This document shows, in pieces, positions 29,380 through 40,950 of a stretch of 64,000 bases of DNA. The translations under genes were made by a program, and so were the position numbers. How positions within the stretch are numbered: the first letter of the stretch is position 1; each line of letters starts with the position of its first letter. Source of the DNA: a bacterium (GTDB lineage Bacteria > UBA8248); contig OZ242260.1 in the NCBI GenBank assembly GCA_965207065.1, positions 2,336,001 to 2,400,000 on the forward strand. Direction: 5' to 3'. The notes under the pieces are model-generated. The model did no database searches. It saw nothing but the letters and a program-made list of their open reading frames with translations, and was not told where the DNA came from.

Positions 29380-29406
29380 ATGGATACGCATATAATACGA
29401 AAATAA
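29380..29406 (+). repeat. Right copy of the 27-bp inverted repeat pair
   Basis: ATGGATACGCATATAATACGAAAATAA; contains TATAAT facing the downstream ORF. Confidence 0.75.
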
Positions 29407-29477
29407 TGGGATTTATATACAATAGTGCCTAAAACTATTTCTTGTTTTTCTTATTCAATTCTTCTGAAGGTCACAAA

Positions 29478-29831
29478 ATGAGCAAAAACTCTCACGAAAG
29501 AGATGCGAAAGTAATGTTTGCTACCCTTTGTGTCCTTCATGAACATGGCGAATTGCAACGCAGAAGAGTCATTGAACTTGTAGAGGAAAGAATCGGATCG
29601 ACATTTACCGAGCAGGACAAAGAACCTACTCAAACTCATGACGAACGTTGGCTGTCTTGTTTTTGGATGACGGAGAATTACGAAGAAACGGGATATCTGG
29701 CGAGTTATAAGAGAAAAGAAAGGCCTTACGGTCTGTGGCGCATTACCTCCAAAGGCGTGAAAGCACTTAATCGAAATCCAGGAGATTTGCACACGACAGT
29801 TGTGTGGGAGTATCGCAACCGACATAAATGA
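29478..29831 (+). CDS. Solo Mrr N-terminal-like winged-helix protein
   Basis: GYL...GLWRITSKGVKAL pattern; AT-rich relative to the ICE; no nuclease domain follows. Confidence 0.6.
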   Translation: MSKNSHERDAKVMFATLCVLHEHGELQRRRVIELVEERIGSTFTEQDKEPTQTHDERWLSCFWMTENYEETGYLASYKRKERPYGLWRITSKGVKALNRNPGDLHTTVVWEYRNRHK

Positions 29832-29838
29832 TTATTAT

Positions 29839-29852
29839 TAGGATATATCCTA
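29839..29852. promoter_or_regulatory. Putative operator of the XRE/S24 repressor
   Basis: Perfect palindrome TAGGATATATCCTA upstream of the repressor gene. Confidence 0.5.
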
Positions 29853-29926
29853 CGCCTCGAACCCAAACGCGCTCACGCCCATGGCCCTCTACGCCGGGGG
29901 CTTGATAAAAATGACGAGGGAATCCC

Positions 29927-30622
29927 GTGAACGAAGAGGGAAAAGAGGCAATCAGGAACGATCCGCTCCGCATCAGGCTCAAGGACCTTCTCAGGCGAAA
30001 CGGCCTGACCCTGGCTGCCGCGTCCACGGCCCTCGGGCGCAACAGGGCCTATCTCCAACAGTACGTGGAGCGCGGCTCGCCCGCCGTGCTCGGCTACCGG
30101 GACGGCGAGGTGCTGGGCGAACTGCTCGGCTGTGACCCCGCCGAAATCCGCCATGAGAAGCTCCCCGAACGAAGACCCTACAGGAGGAAACATTCCTCAC
30201 GGCCCATAGCGAACGTATCCGAAGTCACGGTCGAGGCGGCGGGTGCGTTCGAGACCGGCTTCGTGACGGAGACCGCGCGGTGGGGCTGGCCGACGAACAT
30301 GATCCGCCACGAGGGGGGCGCTGATCCCGAGAACCTGCGAATCATCCGGGTGCGCGGGAATTCGATGGAGCCCGGGATGAGTGAGGGGGACCGGATCGTG
30401 GTCGACACCTCGCGAAAGACCCCCGCCACCGGGGAGACCTTCGTCCTGTGGGACGGGAGCGGGATCGTGGTGAAGAAGGTGGACGTGGCGCCCCCTGCCG
30501 AGGGTGGCGGGCCGCCGCGCATCCGTCTCATATCGGAAAACCCCGACTATCCCCCCTATACGCGCCTGGCCGATGACGTTCACTTCCTCGGCAAGGCGCT
30601 CTGGGTCGTGCGCAGGATGTGA
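29927..30622 (+). CDS. CI/LexA-like repressor (XRE HTH plus S24 peptidase)
   Basis: GRNRAYLQQYVERGSP HTH; AAG putative cleavage site; VRGNSMEP (Ser) and VVKK (Lys); LISENPDY. Confidence 0.88.
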   Translation: MNEEGKEAIRNDPLRIRLKDLLRRNGLTLAAASTALGRNRAYLQQYVERGSPAVLGYRDGEVLGELLGCDPAEIRHEKLPERRPYRRKHSSRPIANVSEVTVEAAGAFETGFVTETARWGWPTNMIRHEGGADPENLRIIRVRGNSMEPGMSEGDRIVVDTSRKTPATGETFVLWDGSGIVVKKVDVAPPAEGGGPPRIRLISENPDYPPYTRLADDVHFLGKALWVVRRM

Positions 30623-30844
30623 GGTGAGGCGTCCGCGTTAGCCGTTGCCCTGTCTCCGGCGAACCCGTATATTCATCCCGCCCGCCCGTTTGAGCGCGAA
30701 CCGCCTGTCGAGACGAACGAATTGGATCCGAGCGAACCGTTTTCGAATTTTCCTTGTTCCTCCTCTGAAAATCACCTGCAGGGTTCGGCCGGCATCCTGA
30801 GCGCCGACACGAATCCCCTGGGCGAAGCCACGAGCGACCCTCCG

Positions 30845-32791
30845 GTGAGCGGGCCGATGGTCGCCGCGCGAAGCGCGCTGGCCGAGACGTTCGGGTTCAG
30901 CGGGTTCCGGCCGGGCCAGGAGGCCGTGATCGGGACGCTGCTCGAAGGACACAGCGCGCTCGCCGTGATGCCGACGGGATCGGGCAAGTCGCTTTGCTTC
31001 CAGATCCCTGCGCTCGTCATGGGCGGTCTGACGGTGGTCGTCTCACCGCTGGTGGCGCTGATGCGGGATCAGGTGGCGGCGCTCGGGCTCGCGGGCGTCG
31101 CGGCGGAGGGCATCCATTCCGGCAACGGCCGGGCGGAGAACGTCGCCGCCTGGAGGCGCGTGGCCGAGGGCCGGGTCCGTCTCCTCTACATGGCGCCCGA
31201 GCGGCTGATGACCGGGCGCATGCTCGAGGCGCTCGAGCGCTTACCCGTCAAGCTGTTCGCCGTCGACGAGGCCCACTGCATCTCGCAGTGGGGGCCGGCC
31301 TTCCGTCCGGAATACGCGGACCTCTGCCGGTTGCCTGACCTCTTTCCCGGGATACCGCTCGTAGCGCTTACGGCGACCGCCGATGCGGTGACCCGCGAAG
31401 ACGTCGTCGAGCGCCTCTTCGGCGGCCGGGTCCGGCAGTTCGTGCTCGGCTTCGACCGTCCGAACATCTCCCTCGCGGTCGGGATGAAGCAGAACTGGAA
31501 GCGGCAGCTCGGGGACTTCGTCGCGAGCCGCGAGGGCCAGAGCGGCATCGTCTACTGTCTCTCGCGTAAGAAGACGGAAGAGGCCGCCGCCATGCTGGCG
31601 GCGGATGGGGTCCGCGCGCTTCCCTATCACGCGGGTATGGAGCCCGCGGTTCGCGAACACCACCAGAACGTCTTCATGACCGAGCCCGGCGTCGTCATCG
31701 TGGCGACCATCGCGTTCGGGATGGGTATCGACAAGGCCGACGTGCGCTACGTCTTCCACACCGACCTTCCGGGGAGCATGGAGGCCTATTACCAGGAGAT
31801 CGGCCGCGCCGGGCGCGACGGCAGCCCCGCCGAGGCCCACATGCTCTACGGGCTGGCCGACATCCGGATGCGGCGCCAGTTCATCGAGGAAGAAGACGCG
31901 GGCCCGGAGCGCAGGCTGCGGGAGCACAAGCGGCTCGACGCGCTTCTCGGCTATTGCGAGGCGCCGGCCTGCAGGCGGGTGACGCTGCTCGATTACTTCG
32001 GCGAGGGGATTGGACCCTGCGGCAACTGCGACGTCTGCCTCTCGCCGCCCGAGCGGGTCGATGGCACGGATGAGGCGCTCGAGGTTCTCTCGACGGTCTC
32101 GCGCTCGGGAGAGCGGTTCGGCGCGGCGCACCTGATCGACGTCCTGCGCGGAAGGAATACGGAGAAGATCGCTCGTTTCGGACACGATTCCCTGCCCGCC
32201 TTTGGAGCGGGCGCGGAGCGGAGCGCAAACGAGTGGCGCTCCCTGATCCGCCAGATGATCGCAGCGGGATTCCTCTGGCTGGACATCGGGGGCTACGGTG
32301 GGATCGGGATCACGGAGAAGGGCCGCATGCTGCAAGGCGGCGAGGGCGAGTTCATCTACCGAAAGGACACGGTGGCGGCGCCGCGGACCGCAAGGACCAG
32401 GGACCGCGGCGACGGGCCGGCGGAGCAACAACTGAGTGAACGGGAAACCACGCTTCTGGGCGCCCTCAAGGCGCTCAGGCTCGAAATCGCGAAAGAGCGC
32501 AAGGTGCCCGCCTACGTCGTGTTTCACGACCGCTCGCTCATCGAGATGGCGCGCCGCCGTCCGCGCACCGAGGCTGAGTTCGCGGAGATAGGCGGCGTCG
32601 GCGCCGCCAGGCTCGAAGCCTTCGCGGAGCCGTTCCTCGCCGCTATCGAGAAGGCCCTCGCCGGTGCGGACGAGAGCGCCGGAGTTCCCGGGAGCGACAT
32701 TATCCAGGAGGCTTCCGAATTCTCCACACCGCTCACCGAATCAGAAGGCGCCGGCACAGGTATTTTGAGTGATACCGGACGACCTGGATAA
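30845..32791 (+). CDS. recQ: RecQ DNA helicase (start uncertain: 30722, 30845 or 30857)
   Basis: FRPGQE, MPTGSGKS, VDEAHCISQWG, ATIAFGMGID, YYQEIGRAGRDG, CGNCDVC Zn site, HRDC (VPAYVVFHD). Confidence 0.92.
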   Translation: MSGPMVAARSALAETFGFSGFRPGQEAVIGTLLEGHSALAVMPTGSGKSLCFQIPALVMGGLTVVVSPLVALMRDQVAALGLAGVAAEGIHSGNGRAENVAAWRRVAEGRVRLLYMAPERLMTGRMLEALERLPVKLFAVDEAHCISQWGPAFRPEYADLCRLPDLFPGIPLVALTATADAVTREDVVERLFGGRVRQFVLGFDRPNISLAVGMKQNWKRQLGDFVASREGQSGIVYCLSRKKTEEAAAMLAADGVRALPYHAGMEPAVREHHQNVFMTEPGVVIVATIAFGMGIDKADVRYVFHTDLPGSMEAYYQEIGRAGRDGSPAEAHMLYGLADIRMRRQFIEEEDAGPERRLREHKRLDALLGYCEAPACRRVTLLDYFGEGIGPCGNCDVCLSPPERVDGTDEALEVLSTVSRSGERFGAAHLIDVLRGRNTEKIARFGHDSLPAFGAGAERSANEWRSLIRQMIAAGFLWLDIGGYGGIGITEKGRMLQGGEGEFIYRKDTVAAPRTARTRDRGDGPAEQQLSERETTLLGALKALRLEIAKERKVPAYVVFHDRSLIEMARRRPRTEAEFAEIGGVGAARLEAFAEPFLAAIEKALAGADESAGVPGSDIIQEASEFSTPLTESEGAGTGILSDTGRPG

Positions 32792-32898
32792 TCGTCAGGT
32801 TCTTATTCACATCGGCGGAGTCGACGGCGCCGCGATGCCGGTTCGGGTCACGTCGCCGAATGCGCAGGATGAGATTCCAGTGGCAACAAGACGGCGCC

Positions 32899-34068
32899 CT
32901 ACAGCAGGTCTTCGGCGATGCTCTCCGCCACACGCTCTGCGGACTCTCGCACCGAATCGCGCGCGAGATGCGCGTAGCGGGAGGTGGTCTCGATTCGCGC
33001 GTGGCCCAGGAGCTTCCCGATCACGGAAAGCCCCTCGCCGAGCGCGAGAGCCCTCGAGGCGAACGAATGGCGCAGGTCATGGAGGCGCACGTCATGAAGG
33101 CCCGCGCGCGAGCGGACGGCCCGCCAGGCGTCATCGAGTTTCCGGAGGTGCGTACCCGGCTTCCTGCCGGGAATGACCCAGGGACTGCCGGGGGTGCGCG
33201 GGAGAGCCGCGAGAAGTTTCACGGCAGGCTCTGAGAGCGAGATCACGCGCGCGCCCGTCTTGGAGTCTGCGAGCCTTAGTTCCGCATCGTCAAGCGCCAC
33301 CTCCTCCCAGCTTAAGCCAAGGATCTCCGACTTCCGGCATCCGGTCAGGACCAGGAGCCTGATGGCGGCCACCGCGCTCTCCGACGCGCCGCCTTTCGCC
33401 TCCGCTTCGTCCAGAGACTTCCCCAGGCGCTCCAATTCCGTCTCGGTGAGGAAGCGTTCCCGCCTGCGCCCGGGGTATTCGGCGATGGCGCGGCACGGAT
33501 TCGTCCCCTCTGGAACCATGCCCCACTCCCCTGCCAGGCGGTACATGGCGGACAGCGCCCGGACGGCCTGGTTGGCGGCCGCGGGCGTGGCGCTCAGCCG
33601 CCCGTGGAGTTCCGCCACGTGTTTGCGTTCGACCGATGCGAGGGGCAGCTTCCCGAGCGCAGGCACGACGTGCTTCAAAACCATGGAGCGGACCGTCTTC
33701 GCTGTGCTCGGCTTGCAGCGCACGGATACGTACTCTGCGAGATAGCGATTGCCGAGCTCGGCCAGAGTGGGACCGCCTGCGGGATTGAGTGGCCTGGGCA
33801 CGGCCTCCTCGCCCGCCTTGATGCGCGCGATGACGAACGCCGCGCGCTTCCTGGCCTCCTCCGCATGGATGACCCCGTGGCGGCCCACCGTCACGCGCCT
33901 GGGGCCCTCGGGACCCCGCGCCTGGGCGACGTAAACCTTGCTCCCGGTGGGATATGCCCGCACCCCGAAGCCGGTGAGGTCCCGGTCCCAGAACACCGTG
34001 TCCTTCTCGACCGTGAGTTTCGCGACCCCGCGGTTCGAGAGCGTCTTCATGATGGGCTTCGTCGTCAT
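32899..34068 (-). CDS. Tyrosine integrase with N-terminal arm-binding domain
   Basis: FWDRDLTGFGVR, TGCRKSEI, DSKTG, HDLRHSFAS, LLGH, RYAH. Confidence 0.92.
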   Translation of the reverse strand: MTTKPIMKTLSNRGVAKLTVEKDTVFWDRDLTGFGVRAYPTGSKVYVAQARGPEGPRRVTVGRHGVIHAEEARKRAAFVIARIKAGEEAVPRPLNPAGGPTLAELGNRYLAEYVSVRCKPSTAKTVRSMVLKHVVPALGKLPLASVERKHVAELHGRLSATPAAANQAVRALSAMYRLAGEWGMVPEGTNPCRAIAEYPGRRRERFLTETELERLGKSLDEAEAKGGASESAVAAIRLLVLTGCRKSEILGLSWEEVALDDAELRLADSKTGARVISLSEPAVKLLAALPRTPGSPWVIPGRKPGTHLRKLDDAWRAVRSRAGLHDVRLHDLRHSFASRALALGEGLSVIGKLLGHARIETTSRYAHLARDSVRESAERVAESIAEDLL

Positions 34069-35246
34069 CCCTCCCTCCTCCCGTTCGTGACGTGGACGCC
34101 GATGCTCTCGCCCACACGGGCGGCCGCCGCCTTCTCGGCGTCCCGCATCAAGTGCGCGTAGCGCGCCGTGCTCACCACGTGACGATGGCCGAGCAACCTG
34201 CCGATCGTGGACAGACTCTCGCCCAGCGCCAGCGCCCGCGAGGCGTAGGAATGCCTCAGGTCATGGATCCGAACGTCGTCCAACTCCGCGCGCTCCCTCA
34301 CGGCCCCCCAGTAGTAGGAGAGGTTCCCCAGGCGGCCTCTCCCGTACTTCGAGGGGATCACCCAGGGATCCTCCGGCGAGCGGGGAATCCCGTCCAGCAC
34401 CCTGAGCGCGGGCGCCGTCAGCGGAACCATGCGAGGACCCGCCTTGGCGTCCTTGAGCCTGAACTCCCCCGCCGTGCGGTCCACATCGTCCCAGCGAAGA
34501 TCCAGGATCTCGCTCCGCCTGCATCCGGTAAGCGCAAGGAGCCTGATGGCCGCGACGGCAGGGGGCCACATCCTCCCCTCCGCCTCCAGGTCACGTAGCG
34601 CCCGGCCCAGGCGGCGGAACTCCTCTTTCGTCAGAAACCGCTCCCGCTTCCGCGTCCGGTAGCGGCGAAGCCCCCGGCACGGGTTGCTCCCGGCAGGAAC
34701 CAGGCCCCACACCTCGGCCATCTTGAACATTTTAGAGAGAAGGCCCAGGGCCGCGTTGGCGGTGGCGGGCGTCTCGCGCAGACCGTGATGGAGGTCCGTG
34801 ACCTCCGCCCGCCCGACCTCGGCGAGCGGCGTCCCGCCCAGCGCCGGAAGGATGTGATTCATGCTCATGGAGCGGTACGTCCCGGCGGTATCGGGCTTGC
34901 AGTGCGTCCCGGCATGTTCGCGCATGAAGCGCTCGACCAGGACGGCCACCGTTGGTTCCGCCTCGGGTGGCGCGGCAACGGGAGCCTCTCCGCGCCTGAT
35001 GCGGTCGATGACGCCGGCCGCCGCCTTCCTCGCCTCATCGCACGACAGCTCCCCGTGACGGCCGAGCGTCACGCGCTTCGGTCCCCACGGCCCACGTGAC
35101 TGCACCACGTAGACCTTCCGGCCCGTGGCGTAGACCCGCACACCGAAGCCGGCCAGGTCCCGGTCCCAGAAGGCGGTGTCGTTCCTCTCGACAGATAGCG
35201 CCTCGACGACGCGTTTGGTAAGCTTGATGTTGCTTCTTCTGGGCAT
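34065..35246 (-). CDS. Tyrosine integrase with N-terminal arm-binding domain (paralogue)
   Basis: FWDRDLAGFGVR, TGCRRSEI, DAKAG, HDLRHSYAS, LLGH, RYAH; ATGA overlap with the second integrase. Confidence 0.92.
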   Translation of the reverse strand: MPRRSNIKLTKRVVEALSVERNDTAFWDRDLAGFGVRVYATGRKVYVVQSRGPWGPKRVTLGRHGELSCDEARKAAAGVIDRIRRGEAPVAAPPEAEPTVAVLVERFMREHAGTHCKPDTAGTYRSMSMNHILPALGGTPLAEVGRAEVTDLHHGLRETPATANAALGLLSKMFKMAEVWGLVPAGSNPCRGLRRYRTRKRERFLTKEEFRRLGRALRDLEAEGRMWPPAVAAIRLLALTGCRRSEILDLRWDDVDRTAGEFRLKDAKAGPRMVPLTAPALRVLDGIPRSPEDPWVIPSKYGRGRLGNLSYYWGAVRERAELDDVRIHDLRHSYASRALALGESLSTIGRLLGHRHVVSTARYAHLMRDAEKAAAARVGESIGVHVTNGRREG

Positions 35247-35787
35247 GGGCGCTCCCTGAAAATCGTGTCACAGGCCTGAGGGTACAGGCGATCCGTAATC
35301 AATTCGCATACGTCAGACATCAAACGTGAGTCTATTAAAGCGTAATATTGACGTAAATGCAAGGAGAGGTGAAAAAGGGAATACGGTATTTAACGCTTTT
35401 ATAACAGCAACTTATCATACCTGGTCGCATGCAGTCGCACCATTGACCATGGGGCGTAATCATGAACATGTCTTTCGATAAATTTCCATAAATTTTCGAG
35501 GGGAAATGCGCGAAAATGCGGGGACTTGCGGGGCCCGAACCTGTGCGCGAAAACCGGTTCCGACGGCCTGATTCCGCCGCCGCCGCACCGGGGCGCAGGG
35601 GAATTCTGCCATTGTCCGCGCCTCGGGCGATGACGGCAAATGCGTGGAATTGCGGGGAGCTGCGCCTCTGATCAGGGCGGCCGCCCGTCGCATCAGGAGG
35701 GTGTTCGCCCGGCCCTGAAAGGCGCGCGCCACCGCATGTTCCGTGCGCCGCGTTCGAGAACGTGACGACATAAGTAGTTGATATCGC

Positions 35788-36564
<777 letters not shown>

Positions 36565-36793
36565 TTCGTCGAACTCCTTATGTGTAGCTATGTGAGGATC
36601 TCTATAGAGCGGAAAAGCCCGGATGTCCTGATTCGATGAGAAGATAGCCTATGGAACGGCGTTCGTCACCTGATGGCGCGATGGGTGAAATTTTATGAAA
36701 ATCTGAGAAATCTACTCTAGCCGATGACCGCACCCACCAACAAACGAAAGTAAACGATAAAAAATCAGTGAGTTGTCTGAGAACACCCTGTTG

Positions 36794-36820
36794 TTAGCAG
36801 CCGGACGGCTTGAGTGCTAG
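36794..36820 (+). promoter_or_regulatory. CIRCE element (HrcA operator)
   Basis: TTAGCAGCC-N9-GAGTGCTAG versus consensus TTAGCACTC-N9-GAGTGCTAA, upstream of groES. Confidence 0.8.
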
Positions 36821-36826
36821 TAGGAC

Positions 36827-36855
36827 TTGACAAACATTCTCATATTCCATATATA
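36827..36855 (+). promoter_or_regulatory. Sigma70-type groESL promoter
   Basis: TTGACA-17 nt-TATATA immediately after CIRCE. Confidence 0.6.
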
Positions 36856-36971
36856 CACTCGCGAATAAGGATTTGGCCGAGAGTTCGGGTGGGATTCGCC
36901 CGGAGCAAGGCACTATAGATTCAAATGTTTGGATGAGATTGCAACATTTTTCTACTGATAAGGAGGAAGTG

Positions 36972-38950
<1,979 letters not shown>

Positions 38951-38967
38951 GTTATTGTTTCGATGTT

Positions 38968-38998
38968 CAAAGGGGGCCTCTCGGGGCCCCCTTTTTTT
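38968..38998 (+). terminator. groESL intrinsic terminator
   Basis: AAAGGGGGCC-TCTCG-GGGCCCCC followed by a T-run. Confidence 0.85.
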
Positions 38999-39141
38999 GT
39001 GGAGAATAGCTGCTGGGTGTTTTGAGGAGCAGTAATTCATCCCGCAAGATTAAAGCATGATGTATCTTCGCCGTATAATTCCGCTGGTTTGCCTTCTCGC
39101 ACGGATTCAAGCGATGATTTAGTTTGAACAGAGAGGGATGT

Positions 39142-40836
39142 ATGGCGAGAGAAAAACCGAAAAGACTTCCTTTCACCCTTTTCCTGGTATCGTTATCATT
39201 GCACCTGCTCGTATTCGCAGCCTCAAGCCATGAATACGTTTGGAGAGAACGCTCGAAGAAAAGCCGCCCTATCAAATTTCGAGTCTTATCCGTCGATAAA
39301 CCCGAAGAAAAACTTCCACCGAATCCCCAAAGTCGGTTTTTATCGAATGCGAACCGAAAAGAAAGTGGTTCCGGCAAACCCGGCAAGACCCCGCGCTTGA
39401 GGCGCGAAGATAGAGACTTGATTTCATCTCACCGAGGAGGAGTCGGCTCTGAAACGGCGTCAATATCACCTGCGCCGGAATCGAGGATTCCGGCTCTTTC
39501 CGTCTCTCCGACCCGGCCGCCAACGTCTCCAGCAGTCGTAAAACCAAAGCCTGAGCCTGAAAGGGAGGAAAAAAAGCGGGAAAAGAAATCTCCTGAAACT
39601 TCGGAGATAACAGAAACGCCACAGCCGACAGAGACAGCGAGCCTTGCGCCGAAACCAGAGCCTTCGGTCAAGACCCCGCCGCTCGCGATTCAAGACAAGA
39701 TACAACCAAAGGCAAAGCCGACGGCGGATAAAAAGCCAGAGAGAGAAAAAAAAGCGGCCAAAGCGATTCCGAAGATCGAGAGCAAATCCAAGCCGGTGGT
39801 CGAGAAAAAAACGGTAAGGAAAGTTGTAAAGAAAAAGCCTCGGGAGGAGAGCCAGAAAATCGAGGCGAAGGGGAAAAATTCAAAAAAGCTGGAAATGGCT
39901 GCATTGCCCCTGGCTCCAAAACCGAAGGCTCAAGTTCGAGCCCCCAAACCCGTAAGGCGAAACCCTCCGGTGGACGTAACACCGAAAACTCAGCCCCAAA
40001 AGGTGAAAAAAATACCGGTGAGAGAATCTCCTGATATTCCGGAAATAAAGAAAACGATCAAGCCCATCGAAACGACAAGTATCGCGCCGACACCCGAGCC
40101 TTCTGACAAGTCCCAATCGTCCGCTACCAAGCAGGAAGAGATACAACCAAAAGTAGTGGATAAAATGCCGGAAAAGAAGAGAATAGAATCGAAAGAGTCT
40201 CCGAGGGATAAGGACAAGCCCAATCCGGTGGTCGAGAAAAAAGCAGTAAAGAAGGTTGTAAAGAAAAAGCTTCCCAAAAAGAACAAGAAAGTCGATGAGA
40301 AGAAACAGACGAAGGAGAAGGTTGAATTGGCCGCGTTGAAACCGGTTTTTCGACCGACTCGACCGAAACGGCCAGTTCCAAAGCGGCCTCAAGCAAAGGA
40401 CCCTTTGGCGCTATTTCGAGTGAAGCCAAAACCCAAAGGCAAACCCAATCTCCCTCAGTTCGATCTCTCAGACGAGATAGCAGAGAGGATCGCGAAAAAG
40501 AGCTTATCGGACGAAGACCTGGAAAAAGAAGAGGGGGAGACCATTTCGCTTGATACGCGTGATTTTCGCTACGCTTCTTATTTCGCTCACATTAAGAGAA
40601 GAATCCAGAATGCCTGGATATGGCCTTTGGAGGCGCAAAAAAACAGAGGTGAGCTGTTGTTGCGCTTTAAGCTGAAAAAAAATGGTGCTTTGGAAGAAGT
40701 TCGTCTCATCAAATCCGCAGGGGTTCGAATTCTCGATGATTTGGCTATGGCCGCCGTCACCAAAGCGGCGCCGTTCAATCCGTTTCCGGAAGGCCTTGAA
40801 CGCAAGTCGATTACAGCCACATTCGTGTATGACTGA
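39142..40836 (+). CDS. TonB/TolA-family energy transducer with long Lys/Pro-rich linker
   Basis: N-terminal TM with SLSLH; C-terminal YFAHIKRRIQNAWIWP...LDDLAMAAVTKAAPFNPFP. Confidence 0.8.
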   Translation: MAREKPKRLPFTLFLVSLSLHLLVFAASSHEYVWRERSKKSRPIKFRVLSVDKPEEKLPPNPQSRFLSNANRKESGSGKPGKTPRLRREDRDLISSHRGGVGSETASISPAPESRIPALSVSPTRPPTSPAVVKPKPEPEREEKKREKKSPETSEITETPQPTETASLAPKPEPSVKTPPLAIQDKIQPKAKPTADKKPEREKKAAKAIPKIESKSKPVVEKKTVRKVVKKKPREESQKIEAKGKNSKKLEMAALPLAPKPKAQVRAPKPVRRNPPVDVTPKTQPQKVKKIPVRESPDIPEIKKTIKPIETTSIAPTPEPSDKSQSSATKQEEIQPKVVDKMPEKKRIESKESPRDKDKPNPVVEKKAVKKVVKKKLPKKNKKVDEKKQTKEKVELAALKPVFRPTRPKRPVPKRPQAKDPLALFRVKPKPKGKPNLPQFDLSDEIAERIAKKSLSDEDLEKEEGETISLDTRDFRYASYFAHIKRRIQNAWIWPLEAQKNRGELLLRFKLKKNGALEEVRLIKSAGVRILDDLAMAAVTKAAPFNPFPEGLERKSITATFVYD

Positions 40837-40950
40837 GCCAAGCGTGGGTATCATTTCCAAATCTTGTGGTGGTCTATTTGGTTGACACCATCAAGTGCTG
40901 ATTCTAGGATGATTTTTTCGGTGATTCACTGCCAATCAGGGGATTACTCT

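Larger units (their letters stand above)
1400..35780. mobile_element. Integrative conjugative element (MOB-F, MPF-F); left end outside the window, right end approximate
   Basis: Integrases, excisionase-like HTH, full T4SS, T4CP and relaxase lie next to housekeeping genes; the att site was not identified. Confidence 0.85.

Noticed and set aside
30722-32780. Faint similarity between sequences flanking recQ (both read ...GILS.DT)
   Set aside because: Too short and degenerate to distinguish from chance.
35440-35470. GGGGCGTAAT as a tRNA or tmRNA fragment at att
   Set aside because: No cloverleaf, T-loop or CCA end could be built.
36873-36971. Extended GroES N-terminus
   Set aside because: The AGGAGG RBS and family start point to ATG 36972.
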